A DNA stretch of 64,000 bases from Eledone cirrhosa (taxonomy: Eukaryota), in the NCBI GenBank assembly GCA_964016885.1, contig OZ024745.1:117366001-117430000 (forward strand), written 5' to 3'. The position numbers and the translations under genes were made by a program. The stretch's first letter is position 1, and every line of letters begins with the position of its first letter. The notes under the pieces are model-generated. The model made no database searches and had not been told where the DNA came from. It saw only the letters and a list, made by a program, of their open reading frames with translations. Below, in pieces: positions 1-12,248 of the stretch.

Positions 1-330
1 CGTCAGGAAAATGGCTGTGCTCCATATGTAGAAAAGGAATAGAGAAGAACTCCATACATGTACACAATGTAAAGCATGGGTACACAAAAGGTGTAATGAG
101 ATTATAGGAAGACTAACAGAAAAAGTAGACTTTATATGTAAGAGATGCATAGGGGTGGTTAGTTGTAAGAATTCCAGTGAACTAAACTTGTTCCAATCCC
201 AGGAAGGCTCTATAAAGATAGTTGATAGTTTCTGTTACCTAGGTGATTTCATCAGCAATAGAGGAGGTTGTTCTAAATACATAGTAGCTAGTATAAGCAT
301 GGAAAAGGGGACGTAAAAAGGATCATGATG
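1..330 (+). mobile_element. Decayed RTE LINE 3' fragment (PHD-containing family)
   Basis: Translates to SGKWLCSICRKG...VHKRC...CKRC...DSFCYLGD, matching 52850-53110; RTE-type tail remnant ggacgtaaaa. Confidence 0.8.
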
Positions 331-360
331 GATAGTAGAAATAAATTTTTACATCTTAAA

Positions 361-1480
361 ATAATAATAATAATAATAATGCTTTCTTTATTAACCACAA
401 GGGTTTACATAAAGTAGACATTAAGGACAGTACAGGACAATACAGGACGGTACAAATGGGCATATCTGCGTGTAAAAAAACAAAAAAAAACAGACAATGT
501 AATAAAAGAACAATGAAAAATTCCCCAATAGGGGGGAGACTTCCGAGGGCCATTGTGGAGAAAGCCCATTAAAAGAAACCATGGTGACCCTGACCACCAG
601 GGCAATTGTCCTCTCCCAGTTTTCCACCTTCAATTTACAGGCATATACTCAGAGTAGGTCCATTCACTCGGGCCATTCTTGCCTCTCTCACCCATCTTTC
701 AACAAAAAGCTTGGAAGAGAGCATCTCCCTCTCTACCCTCGTCTTCAGCCCTTTCAGACGCGTCCATCATACTATCTCTTTCGCCATGGCCACCAGACAG
801 ATAAAAACTGCCTGACCTTCCTGGCTAAAGGAAGAGGGCGGGGCAATCCTCACGATGGACTCAGCTGATAGTCGGATCCGTTCTACATGCGACAGCAGGT
901 GTTCGACATAAACCTACAAGTCAGCAATGCTCGGACACTGGACGAGTGCATGCAGGATGGTTTCGTTGCCCTGCGTGCATCTCGGACATGCCCGGCTGAC
1001 GGCACCTCCATGTCTGTAGAGTTTATCCCGAACTGGCAAAGCTCCTCGGTAGCACTGCCAGGCCAGGGATTTCTGGAAGTTGTCCATAGGCCCCGGCCCG
1101 AAAGTTCTTCCAAAGAGATTGGCTAGTTGATTTTCGTCGATGCCTAGAGTTTCCCCAAGTACGTTGTCGCTCTTCCCCTCCACTAATCCTCTATAGAACG
1201 CCAAGGTGGAGTTTCCACCGATCACATTGCCCGATTGGTCGAGGGCTGTGAGCACCTGAAGACATTCCAGTTTTCAAGCGCTCCCTCTCGGTCTTCGCTT
1301 GACCCAGGACTGCAGCTCCGTCAAGGAGATGAGCTGGGGAAAGACGCGTCTAGCAAACGGCGACCACACCTGATCACCGTCGAGGAAGAGGTGGAGATAT
1401 CGTAGCCTGAGCGCGTGTCTGTGCATCATTAGCCACGGCATGCCCAGCCCTCCATGTAGCGGGTGTTGACAGCATATGAT
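361..1480 (-). mobile_element. 5'-truncated L1-clade (Tx1-like) LINE: RT C-terminus, CCHC zinc finger, 3' UTR, (ATT)n tail
   Basis: ORF pieces CCQHPLHGGLGMP and LPVRDKLYRHG..CPRC...ETILHALVQC; AATAAA followed by (att)n on minus strand. Confidence 0.85.
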
Positions 1481-1639
1481 TGCTTGTGCTTGTTCTGGAT
1501 GTGTCTGCATTCAGATTTATGTATTTAATGGTCCTACTTGCTTATATATATATATCGACAGTCGATCGACTTTTGTCAAATCAGACCGAGGAAACAATGT
1601 TTCCGTTAGTCTTTCCAATTGCTAATACTATCTATTGGT

Positions 1640-1770
1640 CGCAACTCCAGGTAGAAGGAACAACGTGAAATAAAGTGTCTTGCTCAAAGACATAATGCAT
1701 CGCCCGGTCCAGGAATCAAACTCACAACCTCATGATTGCAAATCCAATTCTCTAACCACTCAGCCACATA
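1640..1770 (-). mobile_element. tRNA-derived SINE (family 2; other copy 36293-36430 +)
   Basis: A box tggctgagtggttag, B-box-like gagtttgattcc, conserved tgtctttgagcaagacacttt core. Confidence 0.75.
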
Positions 1771-2155
1771 CCTTAATATATATGTAGTGTATATATGTGT
1801 AGTGTGTGTGTGTATGTATATTTAGGGTAGTTATCGATGGTGAATAGACTGGTGGGATCATTAACAGTCTTTTTTACGTGTATATATGTGTAGTGTATGT
1901 GTAGACAAGTTTAAAAATAACACTACAACATCAGAAAATGCTGTAAATCAAATTGGAGAAGGAATGAATTGATAGGAAGTGGAACAAACAAACAATATTT
2001 AGTCTCCATGCATCCAAAGGATGTATAGTTTTTGGATCGTTTGTATTGTTTCATTCTATCTTCAATTTGATTTATATGTATGTTTGTGTGTGTAATTGCC
2101 CCAATGCTATCATTATGATAGCATGTTAGCACTAATTTTTTTTCTTTTTTTCCAG

Positions 2156-2220
2156 TGCAAGTCAGGAGGTGGACTTCCTGGAACCACAAATATATGGCAG
2201 ACCTTTCGTTTTGGTGATCG
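2156..2220 (+). CDS. Host gene internal exon A (CKSGGGLPGTTNIWQTFRFGDR); uncharacterised protein, 5' part outside window
   Basis: Strong polypyrimidine acceptor ttttttccag|, donor cg|gtatat; phase 0->2 joins exon at 8533 in frame. Confidence 0.75.
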
Positions 2221-3389
2221 GTATATCTCACATACCATTGACAATGAAAGACTGCCACTTCCATAGTTCCCTCACTTTTAAAGGCATGCAGAAGATGCAG
2301 TATTGGCAGGACCAGTCGTGATGCTCCAGTCATATGTGCGGCTGCATCCTACATTGAAGTGCTATCACTGTCTAGGAGGTGGGGTCTTAGGCTTGTCATA
2401 TTGGTGTGTTTTCAACATCTTGAAATTCATGACAGGGGGGGGGGGGGGCACAGCATCTTTGAAGAGAAAGAGGGAAGGGATGTAGAAGGTAGTTATTGCT
2501 TGCTAGTGAAGCAAGGGACACCTTAGCGTAATGGCTAACATATTCACCTGATATCTGAGAGATGTATGGTTCAAGTACTTGTAGGTGCTTCTGTCTCTTT
2601 TTTAAAAGCAGTGGATTGGACAAATACTTAGCAGTATTTGTTCTGGGTCTTTACTTTCTGAGTTTAAATCTCACCGGGGTCAACCTTTCATAATTTCGAG
2701 GGTGATAAGATAAAATACCACTATAAGCAACTTTCTCCTCTACATAAATTGCTGGCCTTGTGCCAAAGTTAGAAATCATTACTCACTAGTGAACTGATAT
2801 TCATTTTATGTGAACACGTATATGTATTTATGTATATGTGTATACATCACTGCAGAGTAATATAGATATTGTGTCAGTTCTGTATGTGCAAGACATGGTC
2901 ACCTGACCTAGCATTGCCCACAACAGGTCAGCTCGTCTAATCCATTGTAGTGTGGAAAAATGGACGTAAAACGGTGATGATGATGATGATGATGATGATG
3001 TAAAACGGCGGCCACAACCTGATGACGTCCATCACCCTCATAATAGTAAATGGTGTAGGTTGGTTGTTGTATTGCCAGGAGGGTTGGGGTATGGTTTTGA
3101 AGGAAGTGTTTGATTTTATCTTGTCTTGTGCTGTCTGGTGAGTAGGGTTGACTGATGGTTTATGGATTACATTAGTTTGTGGATGGCATTAGATCGATGT
3201 CTATGTGTTTACAGTTAAGTTAAGGCAATATGAAGGACATAGTTATGTATATGTATGTCAAAACCTTGGTACTGTGTGGATTGAGATCCCCGTTGACAGG
3301 CCTTTGTGATTGGTTGTTATAGCATTTGCTGGAGTTTATATATAGCATTATATTTCTTGTAGATTTCTTTATGTTCATGTTAAGGCAGT

Positions 3390-3392
<3 letters not shown>

Positions 3393-3457
<65 letters not shown>
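3393..3457. repeat. (CT)n microsatellite
   Basis: Visible directly. Confidence 0.95.
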
Positions 3458-3459
<2 letters not shown>

Positions 3460-3591
3460 ATGATATTAAATAAATGGAAACTATATTTATAAAACCATAT
3501 TTATTCTATTATATATATTTCAGTTATGAACATTTATATTTGTTGAATTACCAACAAATTGAATATCCCTTCTGCTTATATATATATGTAT

Positions 3592-4092
3592 ATCATCATC
3601 ATCAACATCACCGTTTTACGTCCGTTCTTCCATGCTAGCATGGGTTAGACGGGTTGTGCTGTTGTGGGCAGTGTCTGGTTGGCTGACCAAGCCTTTCTCA
3701 TACTGGAACTGATTTTGGCTTGATTTCTACAGCTGGATACCCTTCCTCACACCAACCTCATTTACAGTGAGTGCTGGGTGCTTTTTTCCGTGGCGCCTAC
3801 ACGTCCACTTTACAGTGTGGGCTGGGTGCTTTTTTGCCGTGGCACCTCCACGACCACTTTGCAGTGGGAGGGTGTGGGGGCATATTATCTATATGCTTCA
3901 GCTTGTACCCATGGGAGGTCGGGTACTCTGTATTACTGCGTGACGCCAGAGGTATATATTCTTTATTATTTATACCAGGATCAGTTCTGTACATGTGGGA
4001 CACAGTCTCCCGACCAATCTTTCCTGAAGTGGGACAAAACCCTCCAACCCATGCTAGCATGGAAGATGGACGTTAAACGATGATGATGATGA
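3592..4092. mobile_element. RTE-tailed SINE pieces in opposite orientations (similar pieces at 2880-3000, 25190-25350, 36540-37000, 38225-38441, 46170-46475)
   Basis: 3' end cccatgctagcatggaagatggacgttaaa(tga)n resembles the RTE 3' end at 53635-53700. Confidence 0.75.
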
Positions 4093-4278
4093 TGGCTAAG
4101 TAATGAGTCTTGTTATTCTGGAGTTTCACCTGTGAACTCAAAGGATCACCAAACAAGACTTATTATTTAGTCATAATAAAAAATATTTAAACATTACTTC
4201 AGAATTGAATACTCATTCTCATGTCCGTCAACACCATACATACACATACATGTGTATATGTGTTTGAGTGTATATATG

Positions 4279-4328
<50 letters not shown>

Positions 4329-4369
4329 ATATATATATATATATATGTATGTATATATACATACACATC

Positions 4370-6060
4370 CTCATCTTCATTTTATGTACAGTTTTCCATG
4401 TTTGTTAGGGACGGCGGGTCTTTCTGAGCACACTTTCCTTTCACTCGTTGCATTCCTTTGTCATCTCCTCTGTCAGGTTCAGAGATTTGAAGTCAACTCT
4501 CACCACTTCTACCTAGGTCTTCCTTTGTCTTTCTTTACTGTAGCTCCCTTTAACTGGAAACTTTTGGCATTTCTTCACCCGACAATCATCGTCCATATTC
4601 ATCACATATCCTTACCACCACAGTCTTCTCCTTTGCACATTACATTCTATTCTTCCCATACCCTGTTTCTTTCTCAGTTCATTCATTCTTCACTGTTCAT
4701 GCACATTAACACCACACATCCATTGGCGTATACTTGCTGCATTTTTCTCCAGCCTCCATATACCCTCAGTATTTAGTGCCAATGTTCATTCTCATGCAAC
4801 ATTGCACTTCATATGCATGCTTCAGCTATCCTTTTGTTCATAGGGAGAAATCTTTTTATTGCTAACAGTAGTAGTAGCTCCCTGAACTCTTCCCATCCTG
4901 TTCTTATTCTAGGTACTATGTTTTCAGAGCAACTTCTCTCAGACTCAGAAGCTCCCGCGTCTTGCGACGCATGAGGCAATCATAGTGTTCCATCACGTTC
5001 GGTCAGCAGCCAGTTTCACAGCGTCCCGCCATTGTCTGTTTGTTGCTCGCAGGTCCCTCTCAACTGTCTGGCGCCAGTTCATTTTGGGTCGCCCTCTCTG
5101 TCTGCTTCCCTGCGGGCGCCATTTAAGAACTTGGTTCGCCAGTCCCTCCAGGGGAAGTCTCAAAGCGTGTCCAAACCAGCCCAGGTGTCGCTTGCAGATG
5201 GTAGAAGAGACTAGCTGCTGATTGGTGCGGTTCCTGACTTCCTGGTTTGTTACATGGTCACTCCATTTAATCCCCAGGATCTTTCGCAGACATCTGGAAT
5301 CGAATGTGTCCAACTTCTTCTCTTGGCTGGTCTTAAGGTGCCATGTTTCACTTCTGTACAAGAGTGTGGACAGCACGTTGCTGTTGTAGAACTTCTTCTA
5401 CTACTAATTAATTCACCTAGGTAACAGAAGCTATCTATTACCTCTGTAGAGTCTTTCTCGGATTAGAAAAACTCTATTTTGCTGATATTTTTGCTAATGT
5501 CTTTGTACATTAGCCACATACTTTTTCTGTTAGTCTGCCTGCTAATTCAATACAATTCTTGTGTATTTGTGATTTACATTGTGTAACTCATATAGCATGC
5601 GTACCTACTTATTTTCAATATATCGAGCATGACCACTTCCCTGATGGGAACAGAGTCCTGTCTTTTTCCATACTTGGAAAAACTTTGGTTTTTGAAAAGT
5701 TTATTCTCAGCCCTCTTGAGTTTAAGTTCTGTTTCCAAAGCCAGAATATTCTTCTAGCTCTACCAACAATTCAGTTATATGAACCAGGTTGTCAGCATAC
5801 AAAATTGCCCAGAGGCTACCAGTCATAAACCCCTTTGTTATGGCCTGGAGAAGTATGATAAACAGGAGTTGGTTGATGACTGAGCCCCTACCTGTTCTTG
5901 AGTTCCTCACTAAACTCATGACCTACTCTCACTTTACTGATAGCGCCACTGTACATGGCTTGTATTTCTCTCACAAACCACTCATCTACTCCTAGTTTCC
6001 TTAAGGACCATCAGATGACATTGTAGTACCCTGTCAAAAGCCTTCTTCAGATCAACAAAA
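4370..6060 (-). mobile_element. Decayed PHD-RTE LINE fragment containing a nested second RTE
   Basis: LLFIILLQAITKGFMTGSLWAILYADNL and PSGKWSCSI motifs; many frameshifts. Confidence 0.8.
4938..5389 (-). mobile_element. Nested RTE-clade LINE 3' fragment (different family)
   Basis: ORF 4993..5376 STLLYRSETW...CLRKILGIKW...WFGHALR...RGRPK; flanked by aacttct repeats (4931-4937, 5390-5396). Confidence 0.85.
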
Positions 6061-6543
6061 AATTAAATATAGTGACTTACACCACGAACATACCATCTTT
6101 ATAACACTCTTGCTTTTCTCATCTTATTCCTTTTTTCTACCTTTCCTCCCACTCAATGTAACTCTTACCTGTCTACCCTGTATGATGATATGCTCACCAT
6201 ACTTATATAAAGTAAACGTATTGATATTCACATAATTACCCATTTGTGCTTTATACTGACGTCTGTTAACATGAGTGTGTGTATATATGTGAATGTGTAT
6301 ATTAATGTATATTGATGATATATTTGTAGTAGACAGACAAGCTTTCAATATTTTATTTACTTTCTTGTCTTCAACTTCAAAATTAAAAACGTTTTGTTCT
6401 CATTGTATATCTTTGGAGATTGTCTTATTTTTCATTTAAGGTGTTTTAGTTTGATTTCTCTTTCATTCACTGTTAATGCCATGTTGGAATAATTTTATTA
6501 TTAGTTTTATGTTTACCTAAGGGCATGAAATTTGGGTAATGAC

Positions 6544-6945
6544 CTCTGAAGGGTCTTTGGAGTAACATTATTTGATAAAATGAGTTCAAATCCCGCCGAG
6601 GTTAACTTTGCCTTTCATCCTTTCGAGGTCGATAAAATAAAGTACCAGTAATACACTGGGTTAATTGCTGGCCTTGTGCCAAAAGTAGAAACAATTATTT
6701 GATAAAATGTGTAGCTGTTACTTCTCTGAATTGAGAGACCACAGCTCTGGTATTATGGGAATGTGGTTAGAATGTCTCAAGAAAGAATCGGTGGAGAGAT
6801 TTTATGAGCAAAATCAACTGGCAGGAAACCCAGGAGTAAACCCCGAACAAAATGGTTGGATAACATCCATGAGCTCGGCTGGACCTGCTGGAAGGAGAGT
6901 TTGAGTACTCTTCCCCTATGACCCTCTCTGGAATAAGTAGGTGAA
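6544..6945 (+). mobile_element. RTE (Expander/Rex3-like) 3' fragment interrupted by a family 1 SINE at 6583-6693; sibling fragments at 12692-13017 (+) and 35790-36135 (-)
   Basis: Three copies align; LxIERSQLxxxGHVVRM...RP...PPRPS-like translation; SINE flanked by 16-bp TSD attatttgataaaatg. Confidence 0.7.
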
Positions 6946-7324
6946 GAAGTTTTATTTTTATCTTTATTCATCTCATGAGTAGTTTTTACTCTGGTGTGGC
7001 ATTGGTAAACAGTATATGATTCTTGAATGAATACTGTTGTTATATCATCCATAGATTTTCCTTTGAAATTTTGATACTTAATTTTATTAGGTGAAGATAA
7101 ATGTTTTTTAACCCTTTAAGCATTTACGTTACTCTATATTTAGTATTGTGTTTATGCTGTAAAGGCTTTACTTCAAATAATCATCTCACATAATATTGAA
7201 TCTGAGATTTTTATATTATTTATTTTGAGAATAATACTTTAACGTTGGTATGAGTGGCCGGTAACAGCTGGTTTGAACAAAAAGAGGTGAGAGAATTTTG
7301 GCTGGACATAGCTGGTTTAATAAC

Positions 7325-7565
7325 AGACTGGCTGATCAGTCAGATCTGCATATTAGCAGATCCACTGATCAGCCAGATTTGCATATCAGAAGACTGGCCA
7401 ATCGGTTCCCTGTATACGAGCGATAAATGGCCGATTTTGCCAAATTCAAATAAAAAAGAAAATTTTCGCTCTACATGGCTGAATACAATACATGTAATAT
7501 GAGTTTTTCGAATATTAATAATAATATTCGATTCGTTTGCAATTATGCAAACAAGCCTCAATTTT
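7325..7565 (-). mobile_element. Partial copy of the octamer/hammerhead element at 10146-10947 (ribozyme part missing)
   Basis: Near-identical to 10449-10688. Confidence 0.85.
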
Positions 7566-8532
7566 TACTTATAATATAATTTTTACTTTTTACTACTTAT
7601 CATGAATCTAGCTATTTGCTTTTGTGCATTTCCTGTTGCTTCCTCTAATTGAACTCACAGAAGGTTTTAAGCACTCCTAAGTTAGTTCTAATTTTTTTTT
7701 TTTTGCAATTTCCAGTGCAGCAGAATTGGTTGAACTTCAGATAAAATGTCATTGCAGTATTTATTTTTGCTCTTTATATTCTGAGTTCAAATCCCACTGA
7801 GGTTAACCTTACCTTTTATTTTTCCGTGGTTGATAAAATAAAGTACAAGTCAAGTACTGGGGTTGATTTAATCAACCTTGCCCTTCTCCTAACTTTGCTG
7901 GCATTGTGTCTAAATTAGAAATCAATATGCTGCAATCAATATGCACAAAAAATCTGTTTTTTACAAATTAAAAAATTTCCAGTATTTTGTTTTCTTTATC
8001 AATTCTATGCCAGAATGGAAAACAAACCTTAAAACATTGAGGAAATCAGATACATTGGTGATTTAATCAATATCATCATCATTGTTTTTATGTTAACTTT
8101 TCCATGCTGACTTGGTTTGAATGGGACTTTTTGAGGCAATGTTTCATTGTTGGATGCCTTTCCTGACACTCTTTTAGTCATTTTTTACAACATGCATCGA
8201 TATGGTCTACCATTAAAAATCAGACACTTTAGTGGAAAAGCTTACACTTGAGTTCATCAACCTTTAGAGATATGAAGTGTAATGCGTGTAAGATATAATA
8301 TACCATATGTTCACTCTTAACTATCTCTATGGGGGAAATTTGTAAATTAAAGATTTCTCGCTATGGTATTTCACAATGGTTTTCAATTTATTATGCTATT
8401 TCACAATATGATAAACATGTTTGATTTGCAACTCTACTAGTGACATAAATTAAATATTCACAAACTAATCTTTACTTAGTAGATGTCTTTTATATTGTTA
8501 ATTGCTAAGTCTAAATATTTTCTGTTTTGTAG

Positions 8533-8573
8533 GGCAAATTTGAAAGTTACTGAAAAATATGATAGAGCTGAAT
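8533..8573 (+). CDS. Host gene exon B (ANLKVTEKYDRAE)
   Basis: ttttgtag| acceptor, t|gtaagt donor; phase 2->1. Confidence 0.85.
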
Positions 8574-9210
8574 GTAAGTAAAATTTGTGTTTATCATATT
8601 ATTCAGAAATTATAAAATTGAAACAATTGCATAATTTAAAAATAATGATATTTGTAATAATTGTTTCTACATTCGACACAAGGCCAGCAATTATCACAGT
8701 GTATTACTGGTTCTTTATTTTATCGACCCCGTAAGGATGAAAGGCAAAGTTAGCCGTCAGTGTTATATATATATAGGAAAAGAGTCAGAACCCCGAGGGC
8801 TGAGAGCTCCGACCGTTTCGACAGCTAGATCCAAACTGTATACATACACGTGTGTGTGTGTGTGTAATGGTAGGGTTTCACACATGTTAAAAATTTCAAT
8901 TATCTGAGTTTATCTTTGCAATGACAAGACATAATTTCCCACTAGGGCTGTTTAAAATTTAAAAAGAGCTACAAGCAAGGGTGACAACTCTAACAATATC
9001 AGCTAATCCAAATATTTGAGAAATAAAGAGAATGTAGTTAGGAAATATATCTTGCCTTTAAAGTCAACTGGTTAAACCTAAGCACATGGTTTGATCTTGT
9101 CAGATCTCATCAGTAAAGATTATTCAGTCAGTTGACTAAGCTTAGAAATGATTATGTATATCAACAATTGGACAGGGAGATAACTCGGATAGTCTTCCGC
9201 ATGATATATA

Positions 9211-10123
9211 TCTATATATATAAAACTGAGGATGTCTGTCTGTGTGTGTGAGTTCGAATCCCTAAAACTCGAGAACCATCAAACCGACTGTTTTCAAACT
9301 TTACACATGTAATACTTATGTTTCAGGGAGTGTTCTGAGCAAAATAAAATTCAAATTTTCAATGCCCTAGAGACCACATTAGGCGATTTAGCGATCTCTC
9401 TATAATTCTTAGTCTTTCTCTTTTTAGATAGATACATACATATAACGTCGCGCCCTTATAATATCTGTCTGTATGTCTGACTGTCTGCATTACGTCGCTT
9501 CCCTGAGGATGTCTGTGTGTGTGTGAGTTTGAATCCCTAAAACTCGAGAAGTACCCAACCGATTTGTTTCAAACTTTACATGTGTATTACTTATGTTTAT
9601 GGGAGTGTTATGTGTTATGCATATAAACAAATTCAACTATTTTATCTCCTAGGGCCCGCATTAGGTGAAAAACTGTGGTTTTTAAACATTTTTAGGGTTT
9701 TTTTTAGGCGTTACGTCGGACCAATTTCCTTGAAATTGTAACTATGTATTAGTCAGTCTCTTTATACTGTGAGCAAAAAAAAAAATCCAACTTTCTTATC
9801 GCCTAGGGCCCGCATTAGGTGAAAAACTTCATTTTTTCAGCTTCCTAGGGCTTTTTGGAGGTGTTACGTCTAGCTGATTTTCCCGAAATTTCAAGGCATA
9901 TTATGCACATAAAAAAAATTCATTTTCATGATCCCCTAAGGCCCGCATTAGGTGAAAACCTGCATTTTTCCTGCTTCATCAAGGAAAATCTTACCAGCCA
10001 TCAGAGTATTTGGTTTATTTTCTTTACATATTGTCCAGGCATGCAGTTTTTCCACGATTAGGTCTGTTGGCGGCCCACATTCTAAAATACCTTATCCTGT
10101 GCAATGCTGGCTACCACTGCTAG
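9211..10123 (+). mobile_element. Non-autonomous Helitron
   Basis: A|TC 5' end, decayed subterminal hairpin, CTAG|T 3' end; internal duplications (cctagggcccgcattaggtgaaaa x3). Confidence 0.75.
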
Positions 10124-10305
10124 TATATATATATATATATATATAAAAGAAAATTTTCGGTCTACATGGCTGAATACAATAAATGTAATCTGAGTTTTTT
10201 TAATATTAATAATAACATTCGATTCTTTTGCAATTTGCAAACAAGCCTCAATTTTATAGCCATGTCAGTAGAATGAACCCTTCATTCTTGCTCTTGCGTT
10301 GGCAT

Positions 10306-10366
10306 GTGAACTACAGACACCAATGTTTCAGGGTGTCGCCCTTCATCAGTACAGCTCACTGTTCAC
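10306..10366 (-). ncRNA. Type I hammerhead ribozyme
   Basis: gagctgta-CTGATGA-aggg cgaca ccct-GAAA-ca ttgg tg-TC^-tgtagttc: intact core, stems I-III pair. Confidence 0.85.
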
Positions 10367-10754
10367 CTGCCAAACTGTCAGAGCTAGTGAAAATATATTC
10401 TATTTTCAAAAATACACAGTGACTGATCGGCCTGATTTGCATATTATCAGACTGGCTGATCAGTCAGATCTGCATATTAGCAGATCCACTGATCAGCCAG
10501 ATTTGCATATCAGCAGACTGGCCAATCAGTTCCCTGTATACGAGCGATAAATGGCCGGCTTTGCCAAATTCAAATAAAAGAGAAAACTTTCGCTCTATAT
10601 GGCTGAATACAATAAATGTAATCTGAGTTTTTCGAATATTAATAATAACATTCGATTCGTTAGCAATTATGCAAACAAGCCTCAATTTTATAGCCATGTC
10701 AGTAGAATGAACCCTTCATTCTTGCTCTTGTGTTGGCATGTGACAGTTTGGTAG

Positions 10755-10820
10755 GTGAACAGTCAGCTGTACTGATGAAGGGTGATACCCAGAAACATTA
10801 GTGTCTGCAGTTCTGTTCAC
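10755..10820 (+). ncRNA. Type I hammerhead ribozyme (inverted copy, sense to host intron)
   Basis: gtgaacag-tc-agctgta-CTGATGA-aggg tgata ccca-GAAA-ca ttag tg-TC^-tgcagtt-ctgttcac; 15-bp stem I with 2-nt bulge; A.A mismatch at base of stem II. Confidence 0.85.
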
Positions 10821-10957
10821 ATGGCAACACAAGAGCAAGAATGAAGGCTTCATTCTACTGACATGGCTATAAAATTGAGGCTTGTTTGCATAATTGCAAA
10901 CAAATCGAATGTTATTATTAAAATTCGAAAAACTCAAATTACATTTATATATATATA

Positions 10958-12248
10958 CAGGGTCCGGATGATATTTGTTCGCAAGATTACTGTCTAGGAA
11001 AAAATAACACAGTAGTTTTATTTATTAAGGTATATTTATCAAACTTGGGTCAGTTTGTCTTCATGACTTGTTCTTTCGATCTCACTCGATAAACCCTGCC
11101 ATTGGCTTTGATGACGGCCTCAAGGTGGCGTCGGAACCGGCTACAGGCCTTCGTCATGTCCCCCGACTTAGGCCCCTAAAGGCACTTGTGATCCTGGCCT
11201 TCAGATCGTCTTTCATATTGCAGCTAGATTTGTTGGTGTCTCGTTCCACTGTGCCCCACACAAAGAAGTCGAGGGGGTTGCAGTCAGCGAGCTGGGAGGC
11301 CAGATGTCAAGTGAAGTGTGGTCGACAAAGTTCTCTGACAGCCAGGCTTGGGTCTTTCGGCTGGTATGGCAGGGCGCTGAGTTTTTGCTGCCACATGTAC
11401 GGCCTACCTGCAACTACCTGGTCGATCCAGGGCTTTACTACCTCGCTCAGAACGTGGATGTAGCCATCGGTGTTCAGCTTGAGGCCCTCAGGGAAGAAGT
11501 GAGGTGGCATGACATCACCTTGACTGCTGACGACACCTAAGATCAATGTTGTCGCTGGAAACTTTGTCTGCATGACTCTGGGCACGTCTTTGGATGAGAC
11601 AGCGAGCCACCTGTTGTTCTGGGAGTTGATCTTCTGGTCTTGGCAGAAGTTTTTCTCGTCAGAGAAAAACCACAGCATGTCTGGCTCCAGTGGGTGTTTC
11701 AACTTGTTGATCAGCTTCTTTGCGTGCTTCAGTCGCTTTTCTTGTATCGCCTTTGACAGAAATTGTCCTTTCCTCATCTTGTATGAAACGTAGCGAATGT
11801 CTTCATGTACCTCCAGCCTAATGAGCTTTTCATCCACGCCTTTCTCTCTTGCAATGGCACACATCGACTTGTTAGGTTCATTGTTGATGATATCTTGAAC
11901 TTCAGCGACGAAGGCGTCAGATCGTCGATCATGTGTTTTCCTCTTTGATGTTGCTTCGTGTCGAATCCTGAATCTTCCAATTCCTTTCTGACCTTTTCCA
12001 CCATTCTCCTGCTGACGCTGAGAAAGTCTGAAATTTCCTTATTTGTCCTCCCGGCGCGGATTCCAAGAAGAACCCCGGGTCTCTTCCACAAATTTGGAGG
12101 TTCAAAATTATTCATAATCAATTATTCTGAAAATAAATAATGGAAATATAGTCACTGTTTTTATGAAGACAAGAGTGACAACGGAAGTAAAAACAATTTG
12201 CATAAAATTAGCAGTTGAAAATTGCGAAAAAATATTGTCCACACCCTG
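10958..12248 (-). mobile_element. Full-length but frameshifted Tc1/mariner-superfamily transposon, DD37D (maT) type
   Basis: Imperfect ~27-bp TIRs CAGGGT..GGA..ATATTT.TTCGCAA, TA flanks; WFFSDEKNF, WQQ[D]SAPCH, WPPSS[P]DCNPLD with 37 residues between D2 and D3 after frameshift repair. Confidence 0.9.

Larger units (their letters stand above)
10146..10947. mobile_element. Non-coding hammerhead-bearing repeat: ~430-bp unit + partial tandem unit + inverted partial unit
   Basis: 10146-10308 repeats at 10577-10742; 10741-10947 is the reverse complement of about 10170-10380. Confidence 0.9.

Noticed and set aside
3018-3040. CTGATGA as hammerhead core
   Set aside because: No stem II or GAAA follows
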